Assembly (NCBI RefSeq): GCF_006345805.1
Contig: NC_043017.1
Coordinates: 32,860,001 to 32,924,000 of the forward strand
From: Octopus sinensis
Lineage: Eukaryota
Reading direction: 5' to 3'
Length of the DNA: 64,000 nucleotides
The position numbers were made by a program, and so were the translations under genes. This document shows, in pieces, positions 11,672 through 22,154 of this stretch. How positions within the stretch are numbered: position 1 is the first letter of the stretch; every line of letters begins with the position of its first letter. Under the pieces are notes generated by a model. The model searched no databases, was not told the origin of the DNA, and saw nothing but the letters and a program-made list of their open reading frames with translations.

Positions 11672-11925
11672 AAATAAATGCACCCTTTTAAAGCCTAGCC
11701 AGGCTCATGGGCCCGGTTTCCTGGTTTCTATGGCGTATGTGTTCCCCAGCTGGACGGACCGCCAGTCCATCGCAGCGTTACTCATTTTTGCCAGCTGAGT
11801 GAACTGGGGCAACGTGAAATGAAGTGTTTTGCTCAAGAACACAATGTGTCGCCCGGTCCAGGTATTGAAACCACAATCTTACGATCATGGTACTGACACC
11901 CTAACCACTAAGCCACGTGCCTCCC
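11672..11925 (-). mobile_element. tRNA-headed SINE E with 11-bp TSD
   Basis: ATTGTTTACTT at 11660 and 11927; head GTGGCTTAGTGGTTAGGG..GGTTTCAATACC. Confidence 0.88.
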
Positions 11926-12004
11926 CATTGTTTACTTACGTTTTTCATAATAAAAAACAGAAAGTAATTTTGCAATGAAATGGGCCTGCAATGAACCCAG
12001 CATG

Positions 12005-12622
12005 GACCCTTCAGCATTCAGATTTCTCTGTCCCTTGTGTTGTTCATTCATTGATATTGCTTTGAATTAATCATGCCTTATCTTGTAGCTTTCAGATTTC
12101 AATAATGTCATTTTTTACATTTAGAATGACATTGTAGGGTAGGTATGAGAGGCAGGATCTGGCCACTTTGAACATAAAACAGGTAGAATATTAAGGCAGG
12201 GTATACTCTCTTTTACTCTTTTACTCTTTAGCTTGTTTCAGTCATTTGACTGCGGCCATGCTGGAGCACTGCCTTTAGTCGAGCAAATCAACCCCAGGAC
12301 TTATTCTGCTGAACCGCTAAGTTGTGGGGACATAAACACACCAGCATTGATTGTCAAGCGATTTTTTTTTTGGGGGGGGGACAAACACAGACATACAAAC
12401 ATATACACACACATACATATATAAATACATATATACAACAGGCTTCTTTCAGTTTCCGTCTACCAAATCCACTCACAAGGCTTTGGTTGGCCCGAGGCTG
12501 TAGTAGAAGACACTTGCCCAAGGTGCCACAATGTGGGACTGAACCCGGAACCATGTGGTTGGTAAGTAAGCTACGTACCACACAGCTACTCCGATACGGT
12601 CAGTTTAAATGCTAAAGGGTGA
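12005..12622. mobile_element. piggyBac-type MITE split by a SINE A
   Basis: CCCTTCAGCATT ... AATGCTAAAGGG ends; body matches 29848-30067. Confidence 0.7.
12206..12592 (-). mobile_element. SINE A (internal deletion)
   Basis: Family tail and head present. Confidence 0.88.
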
Positions 12623-13012
12623 AATATCTCAGACTACACAAACCTATTTGTTGCTCCCTTTCCCGGATACTAATTTGCTATTTAACCCTATTGTGCTCTG
12701 TTCCCAGTATAGCAGGGAAAAGCCTAAATGTAATCTTGTCCACATCAAAGCTGTAATGAAAAGCACAGGACAAGAAGACAGAATACTAAAACCTGACAAC
12801 TGATGATGTGGCAGCTTTGTAGTTGTCAGCATTTATGACTCATTGTTAAGGGTGTCACCCCTCATAGTTGTTGTTTACTTCTGTTTTTAATCAGAAAACA
12901 AAACAACAACAACAACAAAAAACAGAATAAAATGAGCCCATAACGAATCCAGCATTTTGTCTGATAAATGGGTAAGGCCTAGACTCTTCACAGCTGAGGT
13001 AATTAGCTGGCA

Positions 13013-13243
13013 AGGCGGCGAGCTGGCAGACACGTTAGCGCACCAGGCGAAATGCTTAGTGGTATTTCGTCTGCCGTTACGTTCTGAGTTCAAATTCCGC
13101 CGAGGTCGACTTTGCCTTTCATCCTTTTGGAATCGCTAAACAAAGTACCAGTTACGCACTGGGGTCGATGTAATCCACTTAAACCTTTTGACTGTTCTTG
13201 TTTGTTCCCTCTATGTTTAACCCCTTGTGGGTAGTAAAGAAAT
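13013..13243 (+). mobile_element. SINE C, full length
   Basis: GGCGGCGAGCTGGCAG...GAGTTCAAATTCCG...GGTAGTAAAGAAATA. Confidence 0.9.
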
Positions 13244-13510
13244 ATATTGATGATATTTATTCTTTGGACAAAGAGTTTACCGTTATGCAGACAATGAAAG
13301 TGACTTAAACAATCAAACAGGTGAAAGTGATGATGGAAACAACGATTCAGGTGAACAAATATGGTTTTTGAAAGTAAGCCTTTTATTGGTATTCCCCTGA
13401 ATTTTTTTGTGATTTTGTCCCTTCGTTTGCCTGCAGTGAACAAATACAGTAGCTCAGTGACCGTCCTATTGTTATAATAAATCTCTGAACGAGATATAAA
13501 CATTAACTGC

Positions 13511-13836
13511 AGGACAATGTGAGGTATACTTGCCATCTCAATATGGCTAATCACTAAGGGTGGGTGTTACTGTAGCTTGCAGCCCCAGGAGAACATCTCC
13601 TCCAGCTGGCTTTAGGCACACTTTCTGATGACGGGTCAAGACCCAAAAGCTGCAGTCCGTGCGTATCACTTAGGTTGACGAGGGAGTGATGACCTCCCTT
13701 TGCAAATACCATAAGGGCACAGAAAGGGTGCCTAAAGCCAGCTGGAGACGATGATCTCCAGGGGCTACAAGCTACAGTAACACCCACCCTTAGGGGTTAG
13801 CCATATTGAGATGGCTAGTATACCTTACATAGTCCT
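13511..13836. repeat. Fold-back element: 117-bp inverted arms, 92-bp spacer
   Basis: 13511-13627 is about 90% reverse-complementary to 13720-13836. Confidence 0.9.
13616..13662 (+). ncRNA. Degenerate minimal hammerhead-like motif
   Basis: CTGATGA-C-GGGTC-AA-GACCC-[G>A]AAA-GCTGCAG-TC; stem I weak. Confidence 0.45.
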
Positions 13837-14446
13837 ATTGTTATTCTCCTGAAACTCTTGTTTGATTCTGTCCATTAGAGTGCCTGGAACTGTGTATACA
13901 ACTATTTCTTATTTTGCTCAGGAGCCCAGGACTGAGACAGTTGAGAGAAATGGAACTGCCAGTTCAAACACAGTAAGCAACCACATGGAGTTTGACTAGA
14001 GACACCCTTATTTTTATACTAAGTGTATGTTATATATATCCACCTTTGAATTATATAAGAGTTGCATTCACATGTTATCTCATTTATTCCTTATAGCTAA
14101 CAGAAGTGAAATAATGTCGGATACTGTTTCCTGTCCAGAATTTCAATGAATTACATACTGTATATTCAAAATCACACTTCTGTAGTCTTGATAGTCAAAA
14201 ATTTTATATTTACAGTTATTTTATTTCTAAACCCTTCCTAGTCTGAAGCAATTAATTCACTGTAGAGGATGTGTTAATTTTGATATTCATTCCATAAAGT
14301 AATTAACAAACCATCTACCATAGGTCAATAAGTGTTATGTTAGCCATCTGAGCATTGATTGGTACTTTACATCTAGTAATAATAAAAGACATTTTGACAT
14401 GCAAGGGACAAGGCTGGTCTTATCAGAAGCTGCACAACATCTGGAA

Positions 14447-14654
14447 ATCAAGCATTCAAAGCAGCCATATCCAGCCAAAATATTGTTCCTGTTTTATGTT
14501 CATGGTGGCCAGACCCAGCCTTTCCCACCTACCCTACAAAAATATACGGTCACTCAATCAAAATCTCAAAGCTACAAGATAATGCAGGATAAATGCAAGA
14601 CAATGAGAATAAATAAGCGTTGCATTTGATAGAATAATCTGAGTGCTAAAGGGT
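14447..14654. mobile_element. piggyBac-type MITE copy
   Basis: Ends TGCTAAAGGG-TTAA; body is the reverse complement of 29848-30067. Confidence 0.65.
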
Positions 14655-14761
14655 TAAAGTCAACAAGATTGGCTTTCTTCAGGACAATGTAGAGACATAA
14701 TTCACTATGGAGTCCAAAACCTATACTATAAGAAGCTTCGTAATTGCTTTGGTGGTATACT

Positions 14762-15178
14762 CTTTACACTTTTACTCTTTTACTCTTTTACTTGTTTCAG
14801 TCATTTGAATGTGGCCATGCTGGAGCACTGCCTTTAGTCAAGCAAATCGACCCCGGAACTTATTCTTTTGTAAGCCCAGTACTTATTCTATCGGTCTCTT
14901 TTGCCGAACCGCTAAGTTACTGGGACGTAAACACACCAACATCGGTTGTCAAGCAATGCTAGGGGAACAAACACAGACACACAAACACACACACACATAT
15001 ATATATACATATATATACGATGGGCTTCTTTCAGTTTCCGTCTACCAAATCCACTCACAAGGCATTGGTTGGCCCGGAGCTATAGCAGAAAACACTTGCC
15101 CAAGATGCCACGCAGTGGGACTGAACCCGGAACCATGTGGTTGGTTAGCAAGCTACTTACCACACAGCCACTCCTGCA
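14762..15178 (-). mobile_element. SINE A with 56-bp flanking direct repeat
   Basis: Identical 56-mers at 14706-14761 and 15195-15250. Confidence 0.93.
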
Positions 15179-15414
15179 CCACGGAGTCCAAAATTATGGA
15201 GTCCAAAACCTATACTATAAGAAGCTTCGTAATTGCTTTGGTGGTATACTTAATAAACATTTCATAAGGACTCAAAGAATATCATGGCATGAGAACAAGA
15301 CCAAATTGGCAGTTGATGGTACGCTCTAGCCATCTCTGTTACTATGGGTCAATGCAGGGTAGGTTCTGCTGGCCACTGCTCTCATGCTAAACACCAGGCT
15401 ATATTATATGTAAC

Positions 15415-15712
15415 TAGCAGTATCACCCGGCGTTGCTCGGGTTTGTAAGGGAAATAACTATATAAGCATTTTTAGAGAGTTACTTCCCTTATATATTAGC
15501 AAAAAAATGCATTAAAAATGGGAAAAAATGGTGGTAAATTTTTTTTTAAATCGTAGACTCATCGTAGATGCGCGCTAATACCCAGAAGGGCTCGATATGA
15601 TTCACGACTATAAGATACCCGGTTTTGGTTAAACTGCACCGCAAAATGTGGGAGTAGTTAGGAATCTAAATCGTAGGAGACAGACACACAACTTCACTTT
15701 TATATATAAAGA
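15415..15712 (-). mobile_element. Non-autonomous Helitron (298 bp)
   Basis: Minus strand A|TC... start, subterminal hairpin CCCGAGCAACGCCGGG, CTAG|T end, no TSD. Confidence 0.9.
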
Positions 15713-15934
15713 TATCTTGGAGACTTTCACAATCTGATAGTAGAGGAAGTCTCTTCAACTATATTGATGCTATTGGCTGAGACACACAGCATGAAATAAA
15801 GAATCTACCAAAATTAATGGGGGTCAGTGTTGAGATTCTTGGAGCAGTATGATGAAATACATCTTAGTTGTGGCTACTTAAAGAGCAAAGAAAATATTCC
15901 TGTACCACAGTGGTCAGTAGATAACAGAAATAAT

Positions 15935-16160
15935 TTATTTGTTGTTATTTAGTTCCATATCAGCTCTGAATAATTGAAACTATAATTAAATACATTCCAA
16001 CCATGGCCTTCTCATCATTTACTTTACCAGCATAGTGCATCTACAACTTTGTTATTTAATGTTGGTATGGTGCGATATGATGGAGATTTTGCTGTGATTT
16101 CTAGCACAGCAAGTGACCATGGAGAGGCTCACCTCATTACTGATCTCCATTGTTGCGCTT
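15935..16160 (-). mobile_element. Family F repeat, old copy
   Basis: GTTGTTATTTAG tail and GCTGTGATTTCTAGC motif. Confidence 0.5.
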
Positions 16161-16279
16161 TGTCATTGTCAGTATATAATTCTGTCATTTTACATACTGA
16201 GTTCAAATCTCACGAGGTTCAGTATTACTTTCTAGTCATGTACCAAAGCCAATTTAGTTGTACCTACCCACCCCTCTTC

Positions 16280-16375
16280 ACACACACGCACACACACACA
16301 CACACACGCACACACACACACACACACATGCACAAATACACACACAAACACACACACACGCACACACACACACAA
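16280..16375. repeat. (CA)n microsatellite
   Basis: Read directly. Confidence 0.95.
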
Positions 16376-16685
16376 TTGGGTGGCATGGTGCCAATGCAAG
16401 AAACCATTAACGGTAGTAGAGAAAGCAAAATGGTAGAGTGCCAGGCTAAATGTCTTAATGTGTTTAGTTATGCGCTTCTGTATTCCAAGTACAAATCCCA
16501 TCAGTACCAACTTTGTCTTTTATCTGTTTAGGGGGTCAATAAAATATTTGCCAGTCATGTAATGGAATTGATTCAATAGACTCAAAGCCATCTTTGGTAA
16601 ATGTATGGCCTCCTGCCAGTTGTAAAGAATCATTATTTCCGGTTGCAGTGTAAATGGTTTCTGAGTGCTGTAGGTGTGTACATTG

Positions 16686-16736
<51 letters not shown>

Positions 16737-16947
16737 CAATCAGCAGGTGTGTGTATAACCTCTCATAATAGATTACACAGCGATGTTAAATTGGCATGAA
16801 AAAGAATGGTTAAGTTTGTGCTAATATATTTGTGTAAAAAGTATCGAAAAAACTAAATGGAAATAATTATATAGGAAAGAAAAAAAAATTGGTGATGATT
16901 AATAACTAATATTGTTTTTATTATTTTAACAAAAACAGAAAATTTAT

Positions 16948-16990
16948 GCTTTGCTGATGATGCCATATTAAGCCGAAACATGCCCTAAGT
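16948..16990 (+). ncRNA. Degenerate minimal type I hammerhead-like motif
   Basis: GCTTTG-CTGATGA-T-GCC-ATATTAA-GCC-GAAA-CATG-[T>C]C-CTAAGT. Confidence 0.5.
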
Positions 16991-17254
16991 TGTCTCCTGA
17001 GGTTCTTTTTATCTCTGGTTCTTTACTTGTTTCAGTCTGGAGGCGTGTTTAAGTACCATATTGAAGGTTTTGGTCAAACAGAACAACCTCAGTACGTATT
17101 TTTAAAATCTGGCAGCTAGATTATGGGGATGTAAGCAAACTAACACCAGTTGTCAAGCAGTAGCGAGGGACAAACACAATCAAACACAAACACAAGTCAA
17201 ACACAAAGGCACACACCTGCGAGCACACATATATTTATGTGTGTATATTACAGA

Positions 17255-17395
17255 TATAGAGTGAAATATAATTAATTTAATAAAATCAACAAATTTCACC
17301 TAAGTAGTATTTCGGTATGGAAAAGGACCATATTTGGTAAAAATTTATATAAGTATAATAATAAGGGTTTTCATTATACTTATATATATATATAT
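17255..17395. repeat. AT-rich interspersed repeat H (second copy 39650-39795)
   Basis: AATTTCACC(T)AAGTAGT.TT(T)C.GTATG.AAAAGGACCAT shared between both loci; both abut (TA)n. Confidence 0.65.
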
Positions 17396-17397
17396 AG

Positions 17398-17632
17398 AAT
17401 GGTTGTATACTGTCAATCTAACAAGAACGTGACAGTAGGGGGTACACCACCGCTGTATAGCCCTAGGAAGCATCGAACGCCTCCTGATGGCTTTGACACA
17501 TTTTTCCCTGTGTACTTATATACATTTACGAAGGGGAGACAAACACCCCCGGCTGCCAGAACTGCATCTAGGGACACGTGTTTCAGGATCGTTGCCCTTC
17601 ATCGGCCTAGAGTAGCAGACACCGGTCAGCTG
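17398..17632 (-). mobile_element. About 235-bp hammerhead-bearing element between (TA)n tracts (Penelope pLTR / retrozyme-like)
   Basis: GC-richer island flanked on both sides by (TA)n; contains the motif at 17567-17611. Confidence 0.65.
17567..17611 (-). ncRNA. Minimal type I hammerhead ribozyme
   Basis: UCUAGG-CCGAUGA-AGG-GCAACGAU-CCU-GAA-ACACGUGU-C-CCUAGA: 6-bp stem I, 3-4-bp stem II, palindromic stem III, GUC site; only core deviation U4C. Confidence 0.8.
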
Positions 17633-17719
17633 TATATATATATTTACAATATGCTTCTTTCATTTACTCTCAACCAATTCCACTCCAAGGCTGAGGTAAT
17701 TAAAATAATATTCCTCGAT

Positions 17720-18000
17720 GACAAATAGGGGTTTTTCAGCAACAATTATTTCCAGTTCCCTGTTGGCATGCAGTCTCCTCTCCCTGCTTTTCCAACCACT
17801 GCTCTAAAAGTTTCTCAGTGCTGGCTGATTTCCTTCTAGCTCTGCTTAGGCATTCCCAGTTTACTCAACTCTCCTCTGTTCATCATCTGAGCAGCGTTGA
17901 GCCCTCCAGTTCCTACACTAGCCCATAATCCCACTCCTACCCAGAATATAACCTAGCTGGAGTTCCTTCCCTGATCGTGTGTCTTCTACAGTACCTGACT
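17720..18000 (-). mobile_element. Possible RLE-type LINE C-terminal relic
   Basis: Fragments CRNWRAQRC, KLGM, QWLEKQ loosely recall HERO/NeSL C-termini; multiple stops and frameshifts. Confidence 0.3.
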
Positions 18001-18114
18001 TCAATAGTTTAAGTGGAATGTTAACAATATCATGTTCTCTAGTCGTAAAGGCTTGCAATGGTCGTGGGTGTTGCAACTTCATTGAGACACAGTAAATAAA
18101 AAAGAAAATTTGTC

Positions 18115-18500
18115 AACCAGCCACATGGTTCCGGATTCAGTCCCACTGCGTGGCACCTTGGGCAAGTGTCTTCTACTATAGCCTTGGGCCAACCAAAGCC
18201 TTGTGAGTGGATTTGGTAGAGGGAAACTGAAAGAAGCCTGTCGTATATATGTATATATATATATATGGATGTGTGCGTGTATGTTTGTGTGTCTGTGTTT
18301 GTCCCCCTAGCATTGCTTGACAACTGATGCTGGTGTGTTTACATCCCCATCACTTAGCGGTTCGGCAAAAGAGACTGATAGAATAAGTACTGGGCTTACG
18401 AAGAATAAAGGGCCGGGGTCGAGTTGCTCGATTAAAGGTGGTGCTCCAGCATGGCTGCAGTCAAATGACTGAAACACGTAAAAGAGAAAAGAGAGTAAAG
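18115..18500 (+). mobile_element. SINE A, slightly 5'-truncated
   Basis: Family body and (AAAAGAG)n tail. Confidence 0.88.
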
Positions 18501-18719
18501 AGTGGTGTAACTGTCATAATAAAGGTTTAATTATTTTTAATGTTTTTATCTTAAAAAATAACTTCAGGAAAGTTAATAGTTATAATTAGATGAAAATATT
18601 GCTGGCCTGTCTAAAATTATTCCTTGACCTAGTGAACAGTGGGGAGGCAAAACTGGACATTTCTTCTAGCTAGGCATCATCAATGGTGTTTAGAAAAGCT
18701 TTGTGATTTTTTTGTTGTT

Positions 18720-19952
18720 GAAATCAAAAAATCAAATCAAACCAAAATCAAACCAAATCAAAATAGATGAACATCAATGGAATTTGTATCTTTGTGGTAC
18801 CAGTGCCGGTGGCACATAAGAAAACCATCTGAACGTGGCCGTAGCCAGTACCGCATCGACTGGCCTCCATGCTGTGGGCACGTAACAAATACCATCCGAT
18901 CGTGGCCGTTCGCCAGCCTTGTCTAGCACCTGTGTCGGTGGCACATAAAAACACCATCCGAGCGTGGCCGTCTGCCAGCCTCTTCTGGCACCTGTGTCGG
19001 TGGCACGTAAAAAAAAAACACCATCCAAGCATGGCCGTTCGCCAGCCTCGTCTGGCACCTGTGTCGGTGGCACATAAAAACACCATCCGAGCGTGGCCGT
19101 CTGCCAGCCTCTTCTGGCACCTGTGTCGGTGGCACGTAAAAAAAAAACACCATCCAAGCATGGCCGTTCGCCAGCCTCGTCTGGCACCTGTGTCGGTGGC
19201 ACCTAAAAAACACCATCGAGCGTGGCCGTCTGCCAGCCTCTTCTGGCACCTGTGCGGTGGCACATAAAAAAAAACACCATCCAAGCATGGCCGTCGCCAG
19301 CCTCGTCTGGCACCTGTGTCGGTGGCACATAAAAACACCATCCACCGGCGGCCGTTCGCCAGCCTCGTCTGGCACCTGTGTCGGTGGCACATAAAACCCA
19401 TCCGAGCGTGGCCGTCTGCCAGCCTCTTCTGGCACCTGTGTCGGTGGCACGTAAAAAAAAACACCATCCAAGCATGGCCGTTCGCCAGCCTCGTCTGGCA
19501 CCTGTGTCGGTGGCACCTAAAAAACACCATCGAGCGTGGCCGTCTGCCAGCCTCTTCTGGCACCTGTGCGGTGGCACATAAAAAAAAACACCATCCAAGC
19601 ATGGCCGTTCGCCAGCTCGTCTGGCACTGTGTCGGTGGCACATAAAAACACCATCCGAGCGTGGCCGTTCGCCAGCCTCGTCTGGCACCTGTGTCGGTGG
19701 CACATAAAAAACACCATCCGAGCGTGGCCGTCTGCCAGCCTCGTCTGGCACCTCTGTCAGTGGCACATAAAATCACCCACTACACTCTCGGAGTGGTTGG
19801 CGTTAGGAAGGGCATCCAGCTGTAGAAACACTGCCAGATTAGACTGGAGCCTGGTGCAGCCTTTGGGCTCCCCAGACCCCAGTTGAACCATCCAACCCAT
19901 GCTAGCATGGAAAACGGATGTTAAACGATGATGATGATGATGATGATGATGA
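18720..19952 (+). mobile_element. Family B copy with expanded internal 63-bp array
   Basis: (AAATC)n, 13 GTGGCAC modules 18938-19759, core GGCGTTAGGAAGGGCATCCAGC, (GAT)n tail. Confidence 0.92.
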
Positions 19953-20096
19953 ACAACTGCAAACTGACAGATGTATGCAAAACATGAGCGTAACTTCATG
20001 AGAGACCTTGTTTTGGGTGTAGTCCAAGGTGCCTGTATGTCTTGTTGCAGTACTATGGCAGATGTGAGGGCAATATCCTATTGCTGTTCTTCGAGG

Positions 20097-20300
20097 TGGT
20101 CAGCTGGTAGAATCCTTAGCATGCCAGGCAAACTACTTAGTAGCAATTCTTCCATCTTTACATTCTGAGTTCAAATTTCACCAAGGTTGACTTTGCCTTT
20201 CGTACTTTCAGTGTTAATAAAATAAGTACCAGTTGAGCACAGGGGGTCGATCTAATCAACTTGCTCTTTCCCCTCAAATTAGTGACCTTGAGCCAAAATT
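20097..20300 (+). mobile_element. Older SINE C-like copy
   Basis: GAGTTCAAATTTC..GACTTTGCCTTTC..AAGTACCAG..GGGGTCGAT; different tail. Similar copies 28835-29045 (-) and 46810-46935 (+). Confidence 0.7.
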
Positions 20301-20769
20301 TCAAGAGCCCATATTCTATTGCTGTTCTCAGAGAAGAAGGTTAGTAACTATTGGGAACTGATTATTTTCTGGCTAGGAAGAGGATGGCCAGTCTTTGGGA
20401 AATATTCCCTGATGGTTGAGGTCTTACATTTTACTGCAGTCTCTCTTCTCTTTCGAGAAAAAAATGGTTGCCAAGGTGATAGGCAGGAGAGAGTGAAAGA
20501 GAAAGAGAGAGTGAGAGAGAACTGAAAAGAAGTAAGAGAGAAATATTTAGATATAATTAGAAATAAGGGAGAGAAATTTTTTTTAAATGGACAATGATTC
20601 GAGAGAAAAAGAAAGAGAAAGAGTGTGTTGAAATGAGAGAAAGAATGAGAGAGAAAGAGATGAATAAAAAGTGTTGCGGACAAAAAGATATAAAACCAAG
20701 TATCAGAAGAGAGAGGATGAAAAAAATGAAGAAAAGACTGCTGAATAGACAGAAACTTAGTGTCTGACT

Positions 20770-20907
20770 GAGAGAGTGATATGCAGAGAGAGGAGAGAGA
20801 GAGAGAGAGAGAGAGAGTGATATGCAGAGAGAGAGAGAGAGAGAAGAGAGAGAAGAGAGAGAGAGAGAGAGAGTGATATGCAGAGAGAGAGAGAGGAGAG
20901 AGAGTGA

Positions 20908-20940
<33 letters not shown>

Positions 20941-20962
20941 ATATGCAGAGAGAGAGAGAGAG
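20770..20962. repeat. (GA)n tract with five GTGATATG(C/G)A interruptions
   Basis: Read directly. Confidence 0.9.
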
Positions 20963-21023
20963 GTAGACTTACATAAGAGATGTCTAGTGAGAGGTGAAAA
21001 GAAACAAAAGGAAAGTGAGATAC

Positions 21024-21236
21024 TTTTTTACTCTTTTACTTGTTTCGGTCATTTGACTGTGGCCATGCTGGAGCACTGCCTTTACTCGAGCACATCGACT
21101 CCAGGACTTATTCTTTGTAAGCCTAGTACTTATTCTATTGCTCTCTTTTGCTGAACTGCTAAGTTACGGGGACATAAACACACCAGCATCGATTGTCAAG
21201 CGATGTTGGGGGGGACAATCACAGACATACAAACAT

Positions 21237-21271
<35 letters not shown>

Positions 21272-21488
21272 CGTTTATATATTTGTTGTGCAAGATTTTT
21301 TATGTGAAATCATGTGTTGAAGAAATCAAAGGACCACTGATGCGGTCACAAGAGTGTGACAAAAGAACTCTGGCCGAAATAAGATTAAGATTAATGTAAA
21401 AAATAAATAACACTGAAGCAAAGTAACACCAAATATATAGTGCGTGTGTTTTTATTGGCAAAAACTGGCAAAATGACCATTCCGAAAT

Positions 21489-21526
<38 letters not shown>

Positions 21527-21683
21527 GATGGGTTTCATTTACTTTCCGTCTACCAAATCCACTTACAAGGCTTTCGTCGGCCTGAGGTTATAGTAGAAGA
21601 CACTTGCGCAAGGTGCCACGCAGTGGGACTGAAGCCAGAACCATGTGGTTGGTAAGCAAGCTACTTACCACATAGCCATTCCA
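21024..21683 (-). mobile_element. SINE A split at its central (TA)n by a 214-bp insert
   Basis: 3' half 21024-21270, 5' half 21495-21683. Confidence 0.85.
21331..21375 (+). ncRNA. Degenerate minimal hammerhead-like motif in the insert 21281-21494
   Basis: GGACCA-CTGATG[A>C]-G-GTCAC-AAGAGT-GTGAC-[G>A]AAA-GAAC-TC-TGGCC. Confidence 0.5.
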
Positions 21684-22154
21684 ATTAGTTAGGAATTAAG
21701 AGAGAGAGAGAGAGTGACAGAGACAGAGAGAGAAGAGAGAGAGAGAGAGATGGGGAGGATAGAGTGAAAAGAATGAGAGTGAGAGAAGGAGAGCAAATCA
21801 AAATTATGGAATCTGAAACAGCAATAATCCAGGCAGGAACTGGAAGCCCAACAGCATTTAAATTCATTGCTAACACATTTGATTTCATCCATTGTGTAGT
21901 TTTATGTTTTTGAGGGTTTATCCAGCATACAAATGCGATTGACACTTTCAGATCTAACGATCACTCTCCGCTAATTATACAACAAAGTAAAGCAACTGCA
22001 GCACAGTCGTTTACAGAACATAATAATTATTCAAACTAAGTCAACAACTTTGGTCAAAATAACATGAACCACATGGAAAATTCATTCAGATATACAATTT
22101 CTGAAACCTTTTGGTTCAGAAATTATATATATATGTAATTATGTGTATGTATGC

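Larger units (their letters stand above)
14655..15830 (+). pseudogene. RTE/RTE-X-type LINE ORF2 C-terminal relic, interrupted by SINE A and a Helitron
   Basis: KIGFLQDNVET* YGVQNLYYKKLRNCFGGIL..RTQRISWHENKT / ISVTMGQCRVGSAGHC / WRLSQSDSRGSLFNYIDAIG*DT..NLPKLM, following the LYGxETW..ISW..RLRFAGHC..RGRP..YID motif order. Confidence 0.7.

Noticed and set aside
14809-15329. Recurrent ORFs ...RWASFSFRLPNPLTRLWSARGYSRRHLPKVPRSGTEPGTMW
   Set aside because: Antisense translations of SINE A.
16536-16690. Possible exon after CCTACAG on the minus strand (two open frames)
   Set aside because: No recognisable protein, no clear donor, no partner exons.
21689-21945. Cys-rich ORF MDEIKCVSNEFKCCWASSSCLDYCCF
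   Set aside because: Short, runs into (TC)n, no recognised family.
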